A DNA stretch of 64,000 nt from an uncultured Actinomycetota bacterium (GTDB lineage: Bacteria; Actinomycetota; Actinomycetes; Propionibacteriales; Nocardioidaceae), in NCBI GenBank assembly GCA_963776975.1, contig CAVZOU010000022.1, positions 81,353 to 145,352 on the forward strand, in the 5' to 3' direction. This document shows, piece after piece, positions 1 through 12,663 of this stretch (within the stretch, counting starts at the first letter, position 1; each line of letters starts with the position of its first letter). The notes beneath the pieces were generated by a model. It ran no database searches. It worked only from the letters and a program-made list of their open reading frames with translations, and had not been told where the DNA came from. The position numbers and the translations under genes were made by a program.

Positions 1-43
1 ATGCAGTCACGGACAGCCCCGTGTCCGCGGAATCACGCCGGAA

Positions 44-418
44 TCAGCCCGGTCGCGCCACCTGCCCGGCGAGGTGCGCCGGCGCCTGCACGCAGTAGGA
101 GTCGGTCAGCAGCTCGGCGAGCTCCTCCCAGTCGGTGTCGTCGTCGAGGACCAGGCCGATCGCGTTGCCGCCCCACCCGGAGCGGAAGTAGGGCTCGCCG
201 AGGTGCTCGAAGGCCGCCACCTCGTCGGGCTCCCCGCGGAACGTGATCCGGAAGACCTGGTCCTCCCCGCCGAACACGTGGGCGACGGTCGCGCTGCCGA
301 CGCGCCACCGGGTGCCGGTCCACGCGGACTCCTGTCGGCAGCGCGGCAGCCGCCCCAGGATCGCGTCGATGCGCAGCACCCACTCCTCGGGCACGAGCGG
401 TCGGTCAGCGAGGGCCAC
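44..418 (-). CDS. MmcQ/YjbR family DNA-binding protein
   Basis: 124 aa; WRVGSATVAH, YFRSGWGG and the C-terminal TDWEELAELLTDSYCVQAP motif typical of MmcQ/YjbR. Confidence 0.8.
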   Translation of the reverse strand: MALADRPLVPEEWVLRIDAILGRLPRCRQESAWTGTRWRVGSATVAHVFGGEDQVFRITFRGEPDEVAAFEHLGEPYFRSGWGGNAIGLVLDDDTDWEELAELLTDSYCVQAPAHLAGQVARPG

Positions 419-427
419 GGGGACAGG

Positions 428-1117
428 CTAGGACGCGGCACCGACAGGGGTCGGCGGCAACGGCACCCGCGCGAAGGTGCTGCGGCCGAACCACGTCGGC
501 AGCCCGGCCACCAGTGCCCGGGGACCGGCCACCACCAGGTCACCGGCGCGGACCGCGCCCAGCAGGTCGACGCGTCCCATCCAGTAGTCGACCATCGTCG
601 CCACGTGACCGGCGACCTCGACGTCGATGTCGTGGCCCGGGTCGGTGAGGCACAGGTCGACGGCCGGTGGGTCCAGCACCAGCCAGAAGTGGCTCTTCTT
701 GTCCGCCGAGCCGCGCAGGTGGAAGTGCACGACCACGCGCTCCGGCGGCAGGGCCTCCACGACGACGTTGCGGTGCACGTCCCACATCAGCAGCGAGGCG
801 TCGAAGCGCTTGGTCTCCACGTCGCCGCGCGCCCAGCGCTGCCCCCAGACGCCCATCGACTCGATGACCGTCCGCAGCTCCTCCCCGGCGGGGGTGAGGT
901 GGTAGGACGCGCCGCGCTTCTCCACGACACCCACCCGCTCGAGCGTCTTGAGCCGCTTGGACAGCAGGGCCGGCGACATCAGCGGTACGCCGCGTCGCAG
1001 GTCGTTGAAGCGCGTGCTGCCGCAGAGCAGCTCACGCACCACGAGCGGGGTCCACCGCTCGGTCAGCACCTCGGAGGCCATGGCCACCGGGCAGAACTGC
1101 CCGTACGTCGTCGTCAT
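428..1117 (-). CDS. HxlR family winged-helix regulator with C-terminal SCP2-like domain
   Basis: YGQFCPVAMASEVLTERWTPLVVRELL...RFNDLRRGVP HxlR signature; C-terminal VDLCLTDPGHDIDV...DLVVAG. Confidence 0.9.
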   Translation of the reverse strand: MTTTYGQFCPVAMASEVLTERWTPLVVRELLCGSTRFNDLRRGVPLMSPALLSKRLKTLERVGVVEKRGASYHLTPAGEELRTVIESMGVWGQRWARGDVETKRFDASLLMWDVHRNVVVEALPPERVVVHFHLRGSADKKSHFWLVLDPPAVDLCLTDPGHDIDVEVAGHVATMVDYWMGRVDLLGAVRAGDLVVAGPRALVAGLPTWFGRSTFARVPLPPTPVGAAS

Positions 1118-1144
1118 GTACCGACGCTAGGACCGGTATGGGTT

Positions 1145-1169
1145 CTGTACCAGTACAGGATCGGTACTG
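1145..1169. promoter_or_regulatory. Candidate HxlR operator in divergent promoter
   Basis: Overlapping palindromes CTGTAC-ca-GTACAG (1145-1158) and CAGTAC-N7-GTACTG (1151-1169) between divergent genes. Confidence 0.5.
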
Positions 1170-1232
1170 GAGGGCCGACGACGCCTGGCCGGACTGTGGG
1201 GGGACCAGACCACGACCGAGGGGAACCCCGCC

Positions 1233-2634
1233 ATGACCACCATCACCGCACCCGACACCAGCGCCTTCGAGGCGCTCGACGCCTCCCTGACGGGCGACGT
1301 CGTCGTCCCGGGGTCGCCCGAGTACGACGCCGCGCGACGCGTCTGGAACGGCGAGGTCGACCGCCGCCCGGCCGCCATCGCCCGGTGCCGAGGGGTGGCC
1401 GACGTGATGGCCGCCGTCCGGCACGCCCGCGAGCACGACCTGCCCGCCTCCGTCCGCGGCGGAGGGCACGCCGTCGCGGGGCACGCCGTGCTCGACGACG
1501 GGCTGGTCATCGACCTGTCCGGGATGACCGGCGCGCGGGTCGACCCGGTGGCGCGCACCGTCCAGCTCGAGGGCGGCGCCCTCAACGCCCACCTCGACCG
1601 GGAGACCCAGGCCTTCGGGCTGGCCGCGACCGGGGGCTTCGTGAGCCACACGGGGGCCGTCGGCCTCACCCTCGGCGGCGGGATCGGTCACCTGATGCGC
1701 AGGCTCGGCCTGGCCGTCGACGCGGTGCGGGGGGCCGACGTCGTCACCGCCGACGGGTCGTTCGTCCGGGCCAGCGCCGAGGAGAACCCCGACCTCTTCT
1801 GGGCCCTGCGCGGCGGCGGCGGCAACTTCGGTGTCGTCACCAGCCTGACGATGGACCTCCAGCCGCTCGGCCCGCAGGTGCTCGCCGGCCTCGTCGCCTG
1901 GCCGGCCGCCCAGGCGGACGCCGTGCTGGCGTTCATGCGCGACTTCGTGGCCGACGCCCCCGACGAGCTGGGCCTGATGGCCAACCTGCGGCTGGCGCCG
2001 CCGCTGCCGCTCTTCCCGCCGGAGGTGCAGGGCACGCCGATCATCGCGCTGGTCGTGACGTGGTCGGGTGACATCGAGGCCGGCGAGCGCTTCCTCCGCC
2101 CGCTGCGCACCTTCGGCACCCCGGTCGCGGACGCCATCACCACCAAGGCCTACACCGCCCACCAGAAGATGCTCGACGCCGGCGGTGCCCCACGGGCGGC
2201 ACTACTACTGGAAGTCGCACCGGCTCGGCCCGCTCACCGGTGAGGTCATCGACGTCATCTGCACGCACCTGGGCAGCATCACGCTCACCGATGAGCTCGG
2301 TCCCGATCTTCTGCTTCGGCGGGGCGATGGCGCGGGTGCCCGAGGACGCCACCGCGTTCCCGCACCGCGACGCCGCGCACGACATCAACATCGTGGCGTC
2401 GTGGCTGCCCGACCAGGCGGGCGAGTCGGACCGGCACCGGGCGTGGGTCCGGGGCTTCTTCGACGCCCTCGCTCCCCACTCCCGCGGCGTCTACGTCAAC
2501 TTCACCTCCGACGACGCGCAGTCCCGGGTGCGCGAGGCCTACAGCCCCACGCAGTGGGACCGGCTGCGCGCGACCAAGACGGCTGGGACCCGACCAACTT
2601 CTTCGACCGCAACGCCAACATCCCGCCCGCCTGA
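1233..2634 (+). CDS. FAD-linked oxidoreductase (BBE/6-hydroxy-D-nicotine oxidase-like); frameshifts near 2180, 2285 and 2580
   Basis: RPAAIARC, SVRGGGH covalent-FAD His motif, PDLFWALRGGGGNFGVVT, then YVNF and WDPTNFFDRNANI in other frames. Confidence 0.9.
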
Positions 2635-2661
2635 GCCCGGCCGCCGAGGGGGGCGGCCCGC

Positions 2662-2832
2662 GTGACTGGCGGCGTACGACAGGGCGAGGCCGACGGCCGG
2701 TGTGACTGGCGGCGTACGACATCTCCAGGAGGAATCCCGTGTCGTCCGCCGCCAGTCGTCGAAGCGGCCCGGCGGCACTGGCGCCGTACGACATCTCCTG
2801 GGGGAATCCCTGCGTCGTCCGCCGCCAGTCGT
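2662..2832. repeat. REP/BIME-like palindromic repeat cluster
   Basis: GTGACTGGCGGCGTACGACA at 2662 and 2702, a variant at about 2777, and inverted arms GTCGTCCGCCGCCAGTC at about 2741 and 2814; between convergent genes. Confidence 0.8.
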
Positions 2833-2877
2833 GGAGGCGGCCACGAGGGTCCTCGGCGTGACCGGCCGGACGTCCGA

Positions 2878-4050
2878 TCAGTAGGACTTCGGCAGCCCCA
2901 GGCTGTGCATCGCCACGAAGTTGAGGATCATCTCCCGGCTGACCGGCGCGATCCGGCCGGCACGCGTCGCGACGAGCAGGCCGGCCATGCCGTACTCCTG
3001 GCTGATCCCGTTGCCGCCGTGGGTCTGCACGGCGCGGTCGGCGGCGTCGCAGGCGGCCTCGGCGGCGGCGTACTTGGCCATGTTGGCGGCCTCGCCCGCC
3101 CCCATGTCGTCGCCGGCGTCGTAGAGGGCCGCGGCCTTCTGGTTCATCAGCCGGGCCAGCTCGATCTCGATGTGCGACTGGGCCAGCGGGTGGGCGATCG
3201 CCTGGTGGGAGCCGATCGGGGCCTGGAAGACGACCCGCTCCTTGGCGTACGCCGCGGCCTTGCCGAGGGCGAAGCGCGCCAGCCCGGTCGAGAACGCCGC
3301 CGCCATGATGCGCTCGGGGTTGAGGCCGGCGAAGAGCTGGACGAGTCCACCGTCCTCGTCGCCGACGAGCGCGTCCGCGGGCAGCCGGACGTCGTCGATG
3401 AACACCTGGAACTGCTTCTCGGGGCAGACGATCTCCATCGGGATCGGGTGCGCCTCGAAGCCCGTCGGCGTCGGTCGGGACGACGAAGAGGCAGGGCTTG
3501 AGCTTGCCGGTGCGGGCGTCCTCGGTGCGCGCGACGACCAGCACGTTGTCGGCCTCGTCGATGCCGGAGATCCAGATCTTGCGGCCGTTGAGCACCCAGC
3601 CGTCGCCGTCGCGGCGGGCGGTGGTGGTGATGTTGTGGGAGTTGGTGCCGGCGTCCGGCTCGGTGATCGCGAAGGCCATCGTGCCGGTGCCGTCGCAGAT
3701 GCCGGGCAGCCAGCGCTGCTTCTGCTCCTCGGTGCCGTAGCGCGTGATGATGGTGCCGCAGATGGCCGGGCTGACGACCATGAGCAGGAGCGGGCAGCCC
3801 TGCGCGGCGAGCTCCTCGCAGACGGCCGCGATGTCGCCGATGCCGCCGCCCCCGCCGCCGTACTCCTCGGGGATGTTGATGCCGAGGTAGCCCGCCTTGC
3901 CGATCTCGAGCCACAGCTCGGTGGTCTTCTCGCCGGCGCGCGCCTTCTCGGTGAACCAGTCGCGGCCGTACTTGCCGGCCAGCTTGGCGACCTGGGTGCG
4001 CAGCTCGCGGCGCTCCTCGGACTCGGTGAACGGGGTCTCGGTGGACGTGC

Positions 4051-4054
<4 letters not shown>
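2878..4054 (-). CDS. Acyl-CoA dehydrogenase (FadE12-like); frameshift near 3460
   Basis: AFAITEPDAGTNS, LNGRKIWISG, GLNPERI, QTHGGNG, GRIAPVSREMILNFV. Confidence 0.92.
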
Positions 4055-6032
<1,978 letters not shown>

Positions 6033-6036
<4 letters not shown>

Positions 6037-7698
6037 GTGCGGAACACCCCGAAACGGTCGGTGCCGACGACGGGTCTGTTGGCGATCACCGACAGGCAGA
6101 TGCCCAGCACGGTGCGGGTGTCGCGCGGGTCGATGACCCCGTCGTCGTACAACATCCCGGAGAGCGCGTAGGGCAGGCTCTGCTCCTCGATCATCTGCTC
6201 GACCATCGCGCGCATGCCGGCGTCGCCCTCCTCGTCGTAGTCCCGTCCCTTGGCCTCGGCGGCCGCGCGCGCCACGATGCTGAGGACGCCGGCGAGCTGC
6301 GCCGGGCCCATCACCGCGGACTTCGCGCTCGGCCACGTGAAGAGGAAGCGCGGGTCGAAGGCGCGACCGTTCATGCCGTAGTTGCCGGCGCCGTACGACG
6401 CCCCCATCAGGACGCTGATGTGCGGCACGGTGCTGTTGCTGACCGCGTTGATCATCTGGGCGCCGTGCTTGATGATGCCGCCCTGCTCGTACTCCTTGCC
6501 GACCATGTAGCCGGTGGTGTTGTGCAGGAACAGCAGGGGCGTGTCGACCTGGTTGGCGAGCTGGATGAACTGCGTCGCCTTCTGCGCCTCCTCGGAGAAC
6601 AGCACGCCCTGGGCGTTGGCCAGGATGCCGACCGGGTGGCCGTGGATCTGCGCCCAGCCGGTGACCAGGCTCGCGCCGTAGAGCGGCTTGAACTCGTCGA
6701 AGACCGCGCCGTTGGCCTCGCTGCGGCCGTCGGCGATCCGGGCGATGACCTCGCGGGGGTCGAACGGCTCCTTGAGGTCGGTGGGGATGAGGTCGAGCAG
6801 GCCCTCGGGGTCGGCCTCGGGCTCGGCGTACGACGACTGTGTCGGCGAGTCTGTCACTGTGTGACCGTTGCGACGGTCACTCGGTGACAGAGTCGCCCGG
6901 CTGGAGCGGGGACTCGCCCCGGAAAGCTCCGGCCTTGCGCCAGTTGAGCCGGGCCACGATCCGCCGGCCGATCCGGATGGCGTCGTGCTCGTCCTCGGCG
7001 AGGTAGTCGGCCAGCCCGCTCGTCCTCGCGTGCATCTCGGCGCCGCCGAGCGACTCGTCGTCCGACTCCTCGCCGGTCGCCATCTTGACCAGCGGCGGGC
7101 CGCCGAGGAACACCTTGGCCTGCTCGCGCACCATCACGGTGTAGTCGGACATGCCGGGGACGTAGGCCCCGCCCGCGGTCGAGTTGCCGAAGACCAGCGC
7201 CACCGTGGGCACCTTGGCCGCCGACGAGCGGGTGATGTCGCGGAAGAGCTTGCCGCCGGGGATGAAGATCTCCTTCTGCGTCGGCAGGTCCGCGCCGCCG
7301 GACTCGACGAGCGCGACGGTCGGGAGCCCGTTCTCCTCGGCGATCTGCGAGGCGCGGAAGATCTTGCGGACGGTCCAGGGGTTGCTGGCGCCGCCCTTCA
7401 CGGTCGGGTCGTTGGCGGTGATCATGCACTCGACGCCCTCGATGACCCCGATGCCGGTGACGACCGAGGCGCCGACGGTGAAGTCGGATCCCCAGCCGGC
7501 CAGCGGCGACAGCTCGAGGAACGCGCTGCCCGGGTCGACGAGGAGCTCGATCCGCTCGCGGGCCAGCAGCTTGCCCCGGGCGTGGTGGCGCTCGACGTAC
7601 CGCTCGCCACCACCGGCCACGGCGACGGCGTGCTGGGCGTCGAGGTCGGCGACCTTGGCCAGCATGGCCTCGCGGCGCTCGATCGACACGTCGCTCAT
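6033..7698 (-). CDS. Acyl-CoA carboxylase carboxyltransferase subunit (AccD2/AtuC-like), interrupted by a palindromic element at about 6837-6918
   Basis: RGKLLARERIELLVD, ANDPTVKGG, GNSTAGGAYVPGMSD in the first half; TTGYMVG, SYGAGNYGM, YDDGVIDPRDTR in the second; ATGA overlaps with both neighbours. Confidence 0.92.
6837..6918. repeat. Palindromic REP-like element inside the carboxyltransferase gene
   Basis: Near-perfect 54-bp palindrome at 6844-6897; diverged sibling at 46348-46428. Confidence 0.8.
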
Positions 7699-8180
7699 GC
7701 CTCGACCTCCGTCTCCACGACCGCCTTCATCCGCTCCAGCGTCGTGCGCATCCCGCTCACGTTGGTGCGCGAGCGCAGCGGCCCGAGGACCAGCCAGTAG
7801 AGCCGCATCGGCAGCGAGGGCTGGAGCCGGAAGTACTCCGTCACGTCGGTCCCGCCGTCGCGCGCCGCGAGGCGGTAGCCCCAGTTGTTGACCGTCACCG
7901 CGTCCGTCCCGACCGAGAACTCGAAGACCTCCTCGGGCTCGCAGGCCGTGACCCGGCACGGCGACCAGTACGTCGGGCCGACGCCGTTGCGCTTGACGTG
8001 CCCGGCGAAGTAGGCGCCGACCTCGGGGCCGGTCGACCCGCGGGTCCACTTCGCCTCGAAGGTCTCGGGGCTGAACTCCCCGATCCGCGTCACGTCGCTG
8101 ACGAGGTCCCACACCGTCGCGGGCGGGGCGTCCATCCAGACGGTGACCTCGGCGCCGAGGGGACTGAAGGGCCCCCTCAC
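7695..8180 (-). CDS. SRPBCC/START (polyketide cyclase-like) protein
   Basis: APPATVWDLVSDVTRIGEFSPE, W...CRVTACEP, GTDVTE, GMRTTLERMK; GTG start overlaps the upstream stop. Confidence 0.88.
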   Translation of the reverse strand: MRGPFSPLGAEVTVWMDAPPATVWDLVSDVTRIGEFSPETFEAKWTRGSTGPEVGAYFAGHVKRNGVGPTYWSPCRVTACEPEEVFEFSVGTDAVTVNNWGYRLAARDGGTDVTEYFRLQPSLPMRLYWLVLGPLRSRTNVSGMRTTLERMKAVVETEVEA

Positions 8181-9311
8181 GTCGAGTACCCCAGCAGTCG
8201 GGCCGCAAGATCCGTGAGCACGTCGGTCGCTCCTCCTCCGATGGGCAGGATCCGGGCGTCGCGGTAGTGCCGCTCCACCTCGGACCCGTGCATGTATCCG
8301 GTGCCGCCGTGCAGCTGCACCGCTTCGTGGCAGACGTGCGTCGCGCACTCGACGGCCGTCTGCTTGGCCAGCGCGGCCTCGGCGATCACGTTGTCGCCGG
8401 CGAGGTGCCGGTCGACCACGTGGTGCGTGTAGGTGCGGGCGACGTCGACCTGCCGGTGCATCTCCACCAGCCGGTGCCGCACGACCTGGTTGGCGATCAG
8501 CGGCTTGCCGAAGGTGGTCCGCTCCTTGCAGTACGCCGCCGTCAGCTCGAGGCTGCGGGCGGCGATGCCGTAGGCGTGCACCGCCAGCGCGATCCGCTCG
8601 ACGACGAACTGCTCGGCGATCTGGTAGAAGCCCGAGTCGAGCTCGCCGACCACGTTCGACAGCGGCACGCGCACGTCGACGTAGGACAGCTCGGCGGTGT
8701 CGCTGCAGTGCCAGCCCATCTTGCTGAGCGCGCGGTCGACGGTGAAGCCGGGCGTGCCCTTGTCGACGACGACCAGCGAGATGCCGGTGTGGCCGGGGCC
8801 GCCGGTGCGGACCGCGGTCGTCACGAAGTCGGCGCGCACGCCGCTGGTGATGAAGGTCTTGGCGCCGTTGATGACGAGCTCGTCGCCGTCGACCACGCCG
8901 CGCGTCATGATGCCGGCGACGTCGGAGCCGCCGCCCGGCTCGGTGACCGCGAGCGAGCCGATGAGCTCGCCGGCCAGGGTCGGCCGGACGTAGCGGTCCA
9001 CGAGGTCGGGATCGCGCGAGGCCGAGATGTGCGGCAGCGCGATGCCGGCGGTGAAGAGCGCCGCCATCAGCCCGCTGGACGCACCGGCGGCGAACATCGC
9101 CTCCTGCATGGCCACGCTGTCGGCCAGGTCGCCGCCGGAGCCGCCGACCTCCTCGGGGAAGGCCACGCCGAGCAGCCCGAGCTCGCCGGCCGTGGCGTGC
9201 AGGGCACGCGGCACCTCGCCCGCGTCCTCCCACTCCTGGAGGTGGGGCACGACCTCGCGGCGCACGAACTCGCGCGGCGGTCGCCCTCAGGGCATCTCTC
9301 TCAGCACTCAC
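8177..9311 (-). CDS. Acyl-CoA dehydrogenase (FadE13/AtuD-like); frameshift near 9270
   Basis: SLAVTEPGGGSDVA, NGAKTFITSG, KMGWHCSDTAEL, QLHGG, YRDARILPIGGG. Confidence 0.92.
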
Positions 9312-11060
9312 AGCAACCCGTCCTCGATCGACACGTGTCGCGACCGGACCCACTCGCCCAGCCCCTTGGCCTGCGGGTCGAACCGCGTCGACGCAGCCAC
9401 CCCGTCACCGAGCAGGCCGTGGATCACCACGTTGACGCCGCCCAGGTTGGGCAGCAGGTAGCAGTCGACCTCCAGGTCGGCCGCCTCGGGCACCAGCTCG
9501 CGGATCCGCCGCGGGGTGATCAGCTTGCTCAGCCACTCGACCCGCGCCTCGCGGTGCTCGGAGCCGTCGTGCGCGACCCACAGGCCGAGGTTGGCGTCGC
9601 CGCCCTTGTCCCCCGACCGCGCGTGGACGAAGGTGCCCAGCGGCAGCCGGCGGGTGAGGACGTCGGCGGTCGCGGGGTACGGCGAGGGGCGGATCCCGAG
9701 GTCCGGCTCGTGGTCCGCGGTGCTCACCGGCGGGTCGGCGACGACCTCCCGGGTGCCGTCGGCGTGGACGACCGTGTGCTCGACCTGCGACCGGTCGACG
9801 TACCGCGCGCGGTAGACGCCGTACGGCGTGGGCGGTGACGGCGGCGCGGTGAGGGTGAAGCCGGGGTACGACGCGAGCGCGAGCTCGACGGCCGCGGCCG
9901 TGAAGGGCTTGCCGACCGGGTGCCGGGTCGGCGTCCTTGACCGTGCAGCGCAGCAGGGTGGAGGCGCCCTGCTCGGTGTCGGCGTCGGCGGCCGGGAGGA
10001 CGAGCTCGGACCAGGTCGTCTCCTGCGGCGGCCTCGCCGCGAGCGCCGCGGTGAGCTGGTCGCGGACCCAGGCCGCCTTGGCGTCGACGTCGAGGCCGGT
10101 GAGCACGAGCTCGACGGAGTTGCGCCAGCCGCCGAGCTCGTTGACGCACACCTTGAGCTGCGCGGGCGGGGCCTCGCCGCGGACGCCGGTGACGGCCACC
10201 CGGTCGGGTCCCTGCTGGCTGAGCCGGACCGAGTCGAGGTGGGTGGTGACGTCGGGGCCGAGGTAGCGGGTGGACTGGATCTCGTAGACGAGCTGGGCGG
10301 TGACGGTGTCGACGGTGACCGCGCCCCCGGTGCCGTCGTGCTTGGTGATCACGCTCGACCCGTCGGCGGCGATCTCGGCCAGCGGGAACCCGAGGGGACG
10401 GTCCCGGTCGGGCAGGCCGAGGAAGCCGCTGAAGTTGCCGCCCGTGGCCTGGGTGCCGCACTCGAGGACGTGGCCGGCGACGACGGCGCCCGCGAGCTCG
10501 TCGTACTGCTCGGGTGTCCAGCCGTGGTGCGCGACCGCGGCCCCGACGACCAGCGAGGCGTCGGTGACCCGGCCGGTGACGACCACGTCGGCGCCGCCGC
10601 GCAGGGCGGCGGCGATGCCGAGGCCGCCGAGGTAGGCGTTGGCCGTGAGCGCGCCGTCCCAGAGGCCGAGCGGGCGCAGGTCGTCGCCCTCGACGTGGGC
10701 GATGGCCGGGTCGAGGCCGAGGCCGCGGGCGACCTCGCGGAGGCGCTCGGCGAGGCCGGCGGGGTTGAGGCCGCCGGCGTTGGCGACGATCCGCACGCCG
10801 CGCTCGAGGGCGAGACCGAGGCAGTCCTCGACCTGGCGGACGAAGGTGCGGGCGTAGCCGAGCGAGGGGTCCTTCATGGTGTCGCGACCGAGGATGAGCA
10901 TCGTCAGCTCGGCGAGGTAGTCGCCGGTGAGGACGTCCAGCGGCCCGCCCTCCAGCATCTCGCGCATCGCGGTCAGCCGGTCGCCGTAGAAGCCGGAGCA
11001 GTTGCCGATCCGCAGGGGACTGGTGGTTGAGGTGCGAGCGGAGCGAGCCTCGAAACTCAT
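9308..11060 (-). CDS. atuA: Acyclic terpene utilization AtuA family protein (DUF1446); frameshift near 9920
   Basis: LRIGNCSGFYGDR, GDYLAELTM, TGRVTDAS, ECGTQATGGN, ARSGDKGGDAN, DPQAKGLGE. Confidence 0.9.
11022..11056 (-). repeat. 35-bp REP-like element translated in the AtuA N-terminus
   Basis: Exact reverse complement of 47017-47051. Confidence 0.9.
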
Positions 11061-11851
11061 CGCGCCGCCCTCCCCTCGCCGGGCGGGCCGGCGAAGGCCT
11101 GGGCGATGTCGAGCCAGCGGTCTGCGTCGGGACCGGTGGCGACGAGGTCGGTGTCGGCGCGGTGCACCCGCTGGGTGACCAGCCGGCAGAAGTCGACGGC
11201 CGACCCGGTCACCGTCTGCGCGGCGTCCTCGGGTCCCCACGTCCAGACGTCGCCGTCGGGAGCGGCCAGGTCGATGCGGAACTCCGCGACCGGCACGTCC
11301 AGCCCGTGGGTGGCGAACGCGAAGCTGCGGGTGCGGACGCCGAGGTGGGCGACGTGGCGGATCCGCGTCGACTCCTCCGGCTCGACCCCGAGCGCCTCGT
11401 GCACGTCGAGGCCGTGGGCCCAGGTCTCCATGAAGCGCGCGGTCGCCATCGAGGTCGGTGACATCGGCGGGCCGAACCACGGCAGCTTCTCGCCGCGCGG
11501 CACCTCGGCGAGCGCCGCCGCCAGCTCCTTGCGGCCCGTCCTCCAGCGCTCCAGCAGGTCGGGGTCGCGGGCGATCTCGAGGGCGCTCGCGTCGACGAAG
11601 CCATCCGGGTCCTCGATGGCGGCCAGCACCACGTCGTCCCACGCGGCCTTGCCCTCCGGCGTCCCGGCCCGCGCCGCGAGCGTCGCCACCTCGTCGGTCC
11701 ACGCCAGGTGGGCGACCTGGGTGGCGACGTCCCACCCGGCCGCCGGGGTCGGCGTGTGCCAGCCCGCGTCGTCGAGGTCGGCGACGAGCGCGTCGAGCCG
11801 GTCCCCCTCGGCGGCGAGGTCGGCGAGGACGGTGCGGAGAACATCGGTCAT
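11057..11851 (-). CDS. TIGR03084 family metal-binding protein (DinB/MDMPI superfamily)
   Basis: TPAAGWDVATQVAHLAWTD, WFGPPMS, ARFMETWAHG, WLDIAQAFAGPPG. Confidence 0.9.
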   Translation of the reverse strand: MTDVLRTVLADLAAEGDRLDALVADLDDAGWHTPTPAAGWDVATQVAHLAWTDEVATLAARAGTPEGKAAWDDVVLAAIEDPDGFVDASALEIARDPDLLERWRTGRKELAAALAEVPRGEKLPWFGPPMSPTSMATARFMETWAHGLDVHEALGVEPEESTRIRHVAHLGVRTRSFAFATHGLDVPVAEFRIDLAAPDGDVWTWGPEDAAQTVTGSAVDFCRLVTQRVHRADTDLVATGPDADRWLDIAQAFAGPPGEGRAAR

Positions 11852-12528
11852 GTCGGGGTCCCTGCGGCGTTGTCGGACGGAGGAGCGGAGCGCGGGAGGC
11901 CGGAGACGTCGTGGGGCGGATCCAGCTCCCGGTCGAGCACGTCGGCCCAGTGGTCGAGGATGCGACGGCGCCGGCGGGCGTCGTCGGAGATGGTGTTGGC
12001 GAGGCCGAGGCCGCGCACGAGGTCGAGGGTGGCCTGGACGAGCTCGCGCACGCCGGGGCGGGACTCGTCGGCGCCGAGCGCCTCGACGGTGAGCCGGTGC
12101 GTCTCGCGGCCGACGCGCAGCTCGAGCGGCGCGACCGCGGCGTACAACGCCTCGTCGGTCCTCGCCGCCACCCACAGCTCGAGGGCGGCGGCGAAGACGG
12201 GCGAGCTGAAGTGGTCGCCCAGCACGGCGAGGACCGCACGCGTACGACGCCGCCCGCCGGGCAGGGCCGCGACGGCGGCCGCGAGCTCGGCGCCGCGGAT
12301 CTCGGTGAGGTGCTCGACGGCGGCGACGACCAGGTCGTTCTTGGTCGGGAAGTGGTGCAGCTGCGCGCCGCGGCTCACCCCGGCCCGCTCGGAGACGAGC
12401 GTGGTCGACGTCCCGGCGAACCCGTGCTCGACCAGGCACTCGACCGTCGCCTCCAGCAGCCGCAGCCGCATCGCCCGGGTGCGCTCCTGCTGGGGCACCC
12501 GGGCGACGGGCGTGGACGGGGGGGTCAC
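11848..12528 (-). CDS. TetR family regulator of the atu-like operon
   Basis: HTH VSERAGVSRGAQLHHFPTK; probable leaderless GTG start 6 nt after a CACGAT -10 box. Confidence 0.9.
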   Translation of the reverse strand: MTPPSTPVARVPQQERTRAMRLRLLEATVECLVEHGFAGTSTTLVSERAGVSRGAQLHHFPTKNDLVVAAVEHLTEIRGAELAAAVAALPGGRRRTRAVLAVLGDHFSSPVFAAALELWVAARTDEALYAAVAPLELRVGRETHRLTVEALGADESRPGVRELVQATLDLVRGLGLANTISDDARRRRRILDHWADVLDRELDPPHDVSGLPRSAPPSDNAAGTPT

Positions 12529-12553
12529 CTGCCCATCGTGGGGCGTCAGGAAC

Positions 12554-12575
12554 AAACAGTCAAGCCTGACTTTTT
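12554..12575. promoter_or_regulatory. Candidate TetR operator
   Basis: AAACAGTCA-agcc-TGACTTTTT palindrome just upstream of tetR. Confidence 0.6.
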
Positions 12576-12663
12576 TTCAGTTGGTCGGGCCGGTCTGGTC
12601 CACTCCTTCAAGGTTTCGTCAAGCGGATCGCGACGAGCCGCGGACGGCACGGAGGATCGGCGC

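Noticed and set aside
2662-2832. CRISPR array
   Set aside because: Arms occur in both orientations, intervening segments are similar rather than unique, spacing is irregular, and no cas genes are present
6877-6879. Selenocysteine or readthrough TGA beside a hairpin
   Set aside because: The frame after the TGA is not the carboxyltransferase frame, and the hairpin belongs to a repeat element
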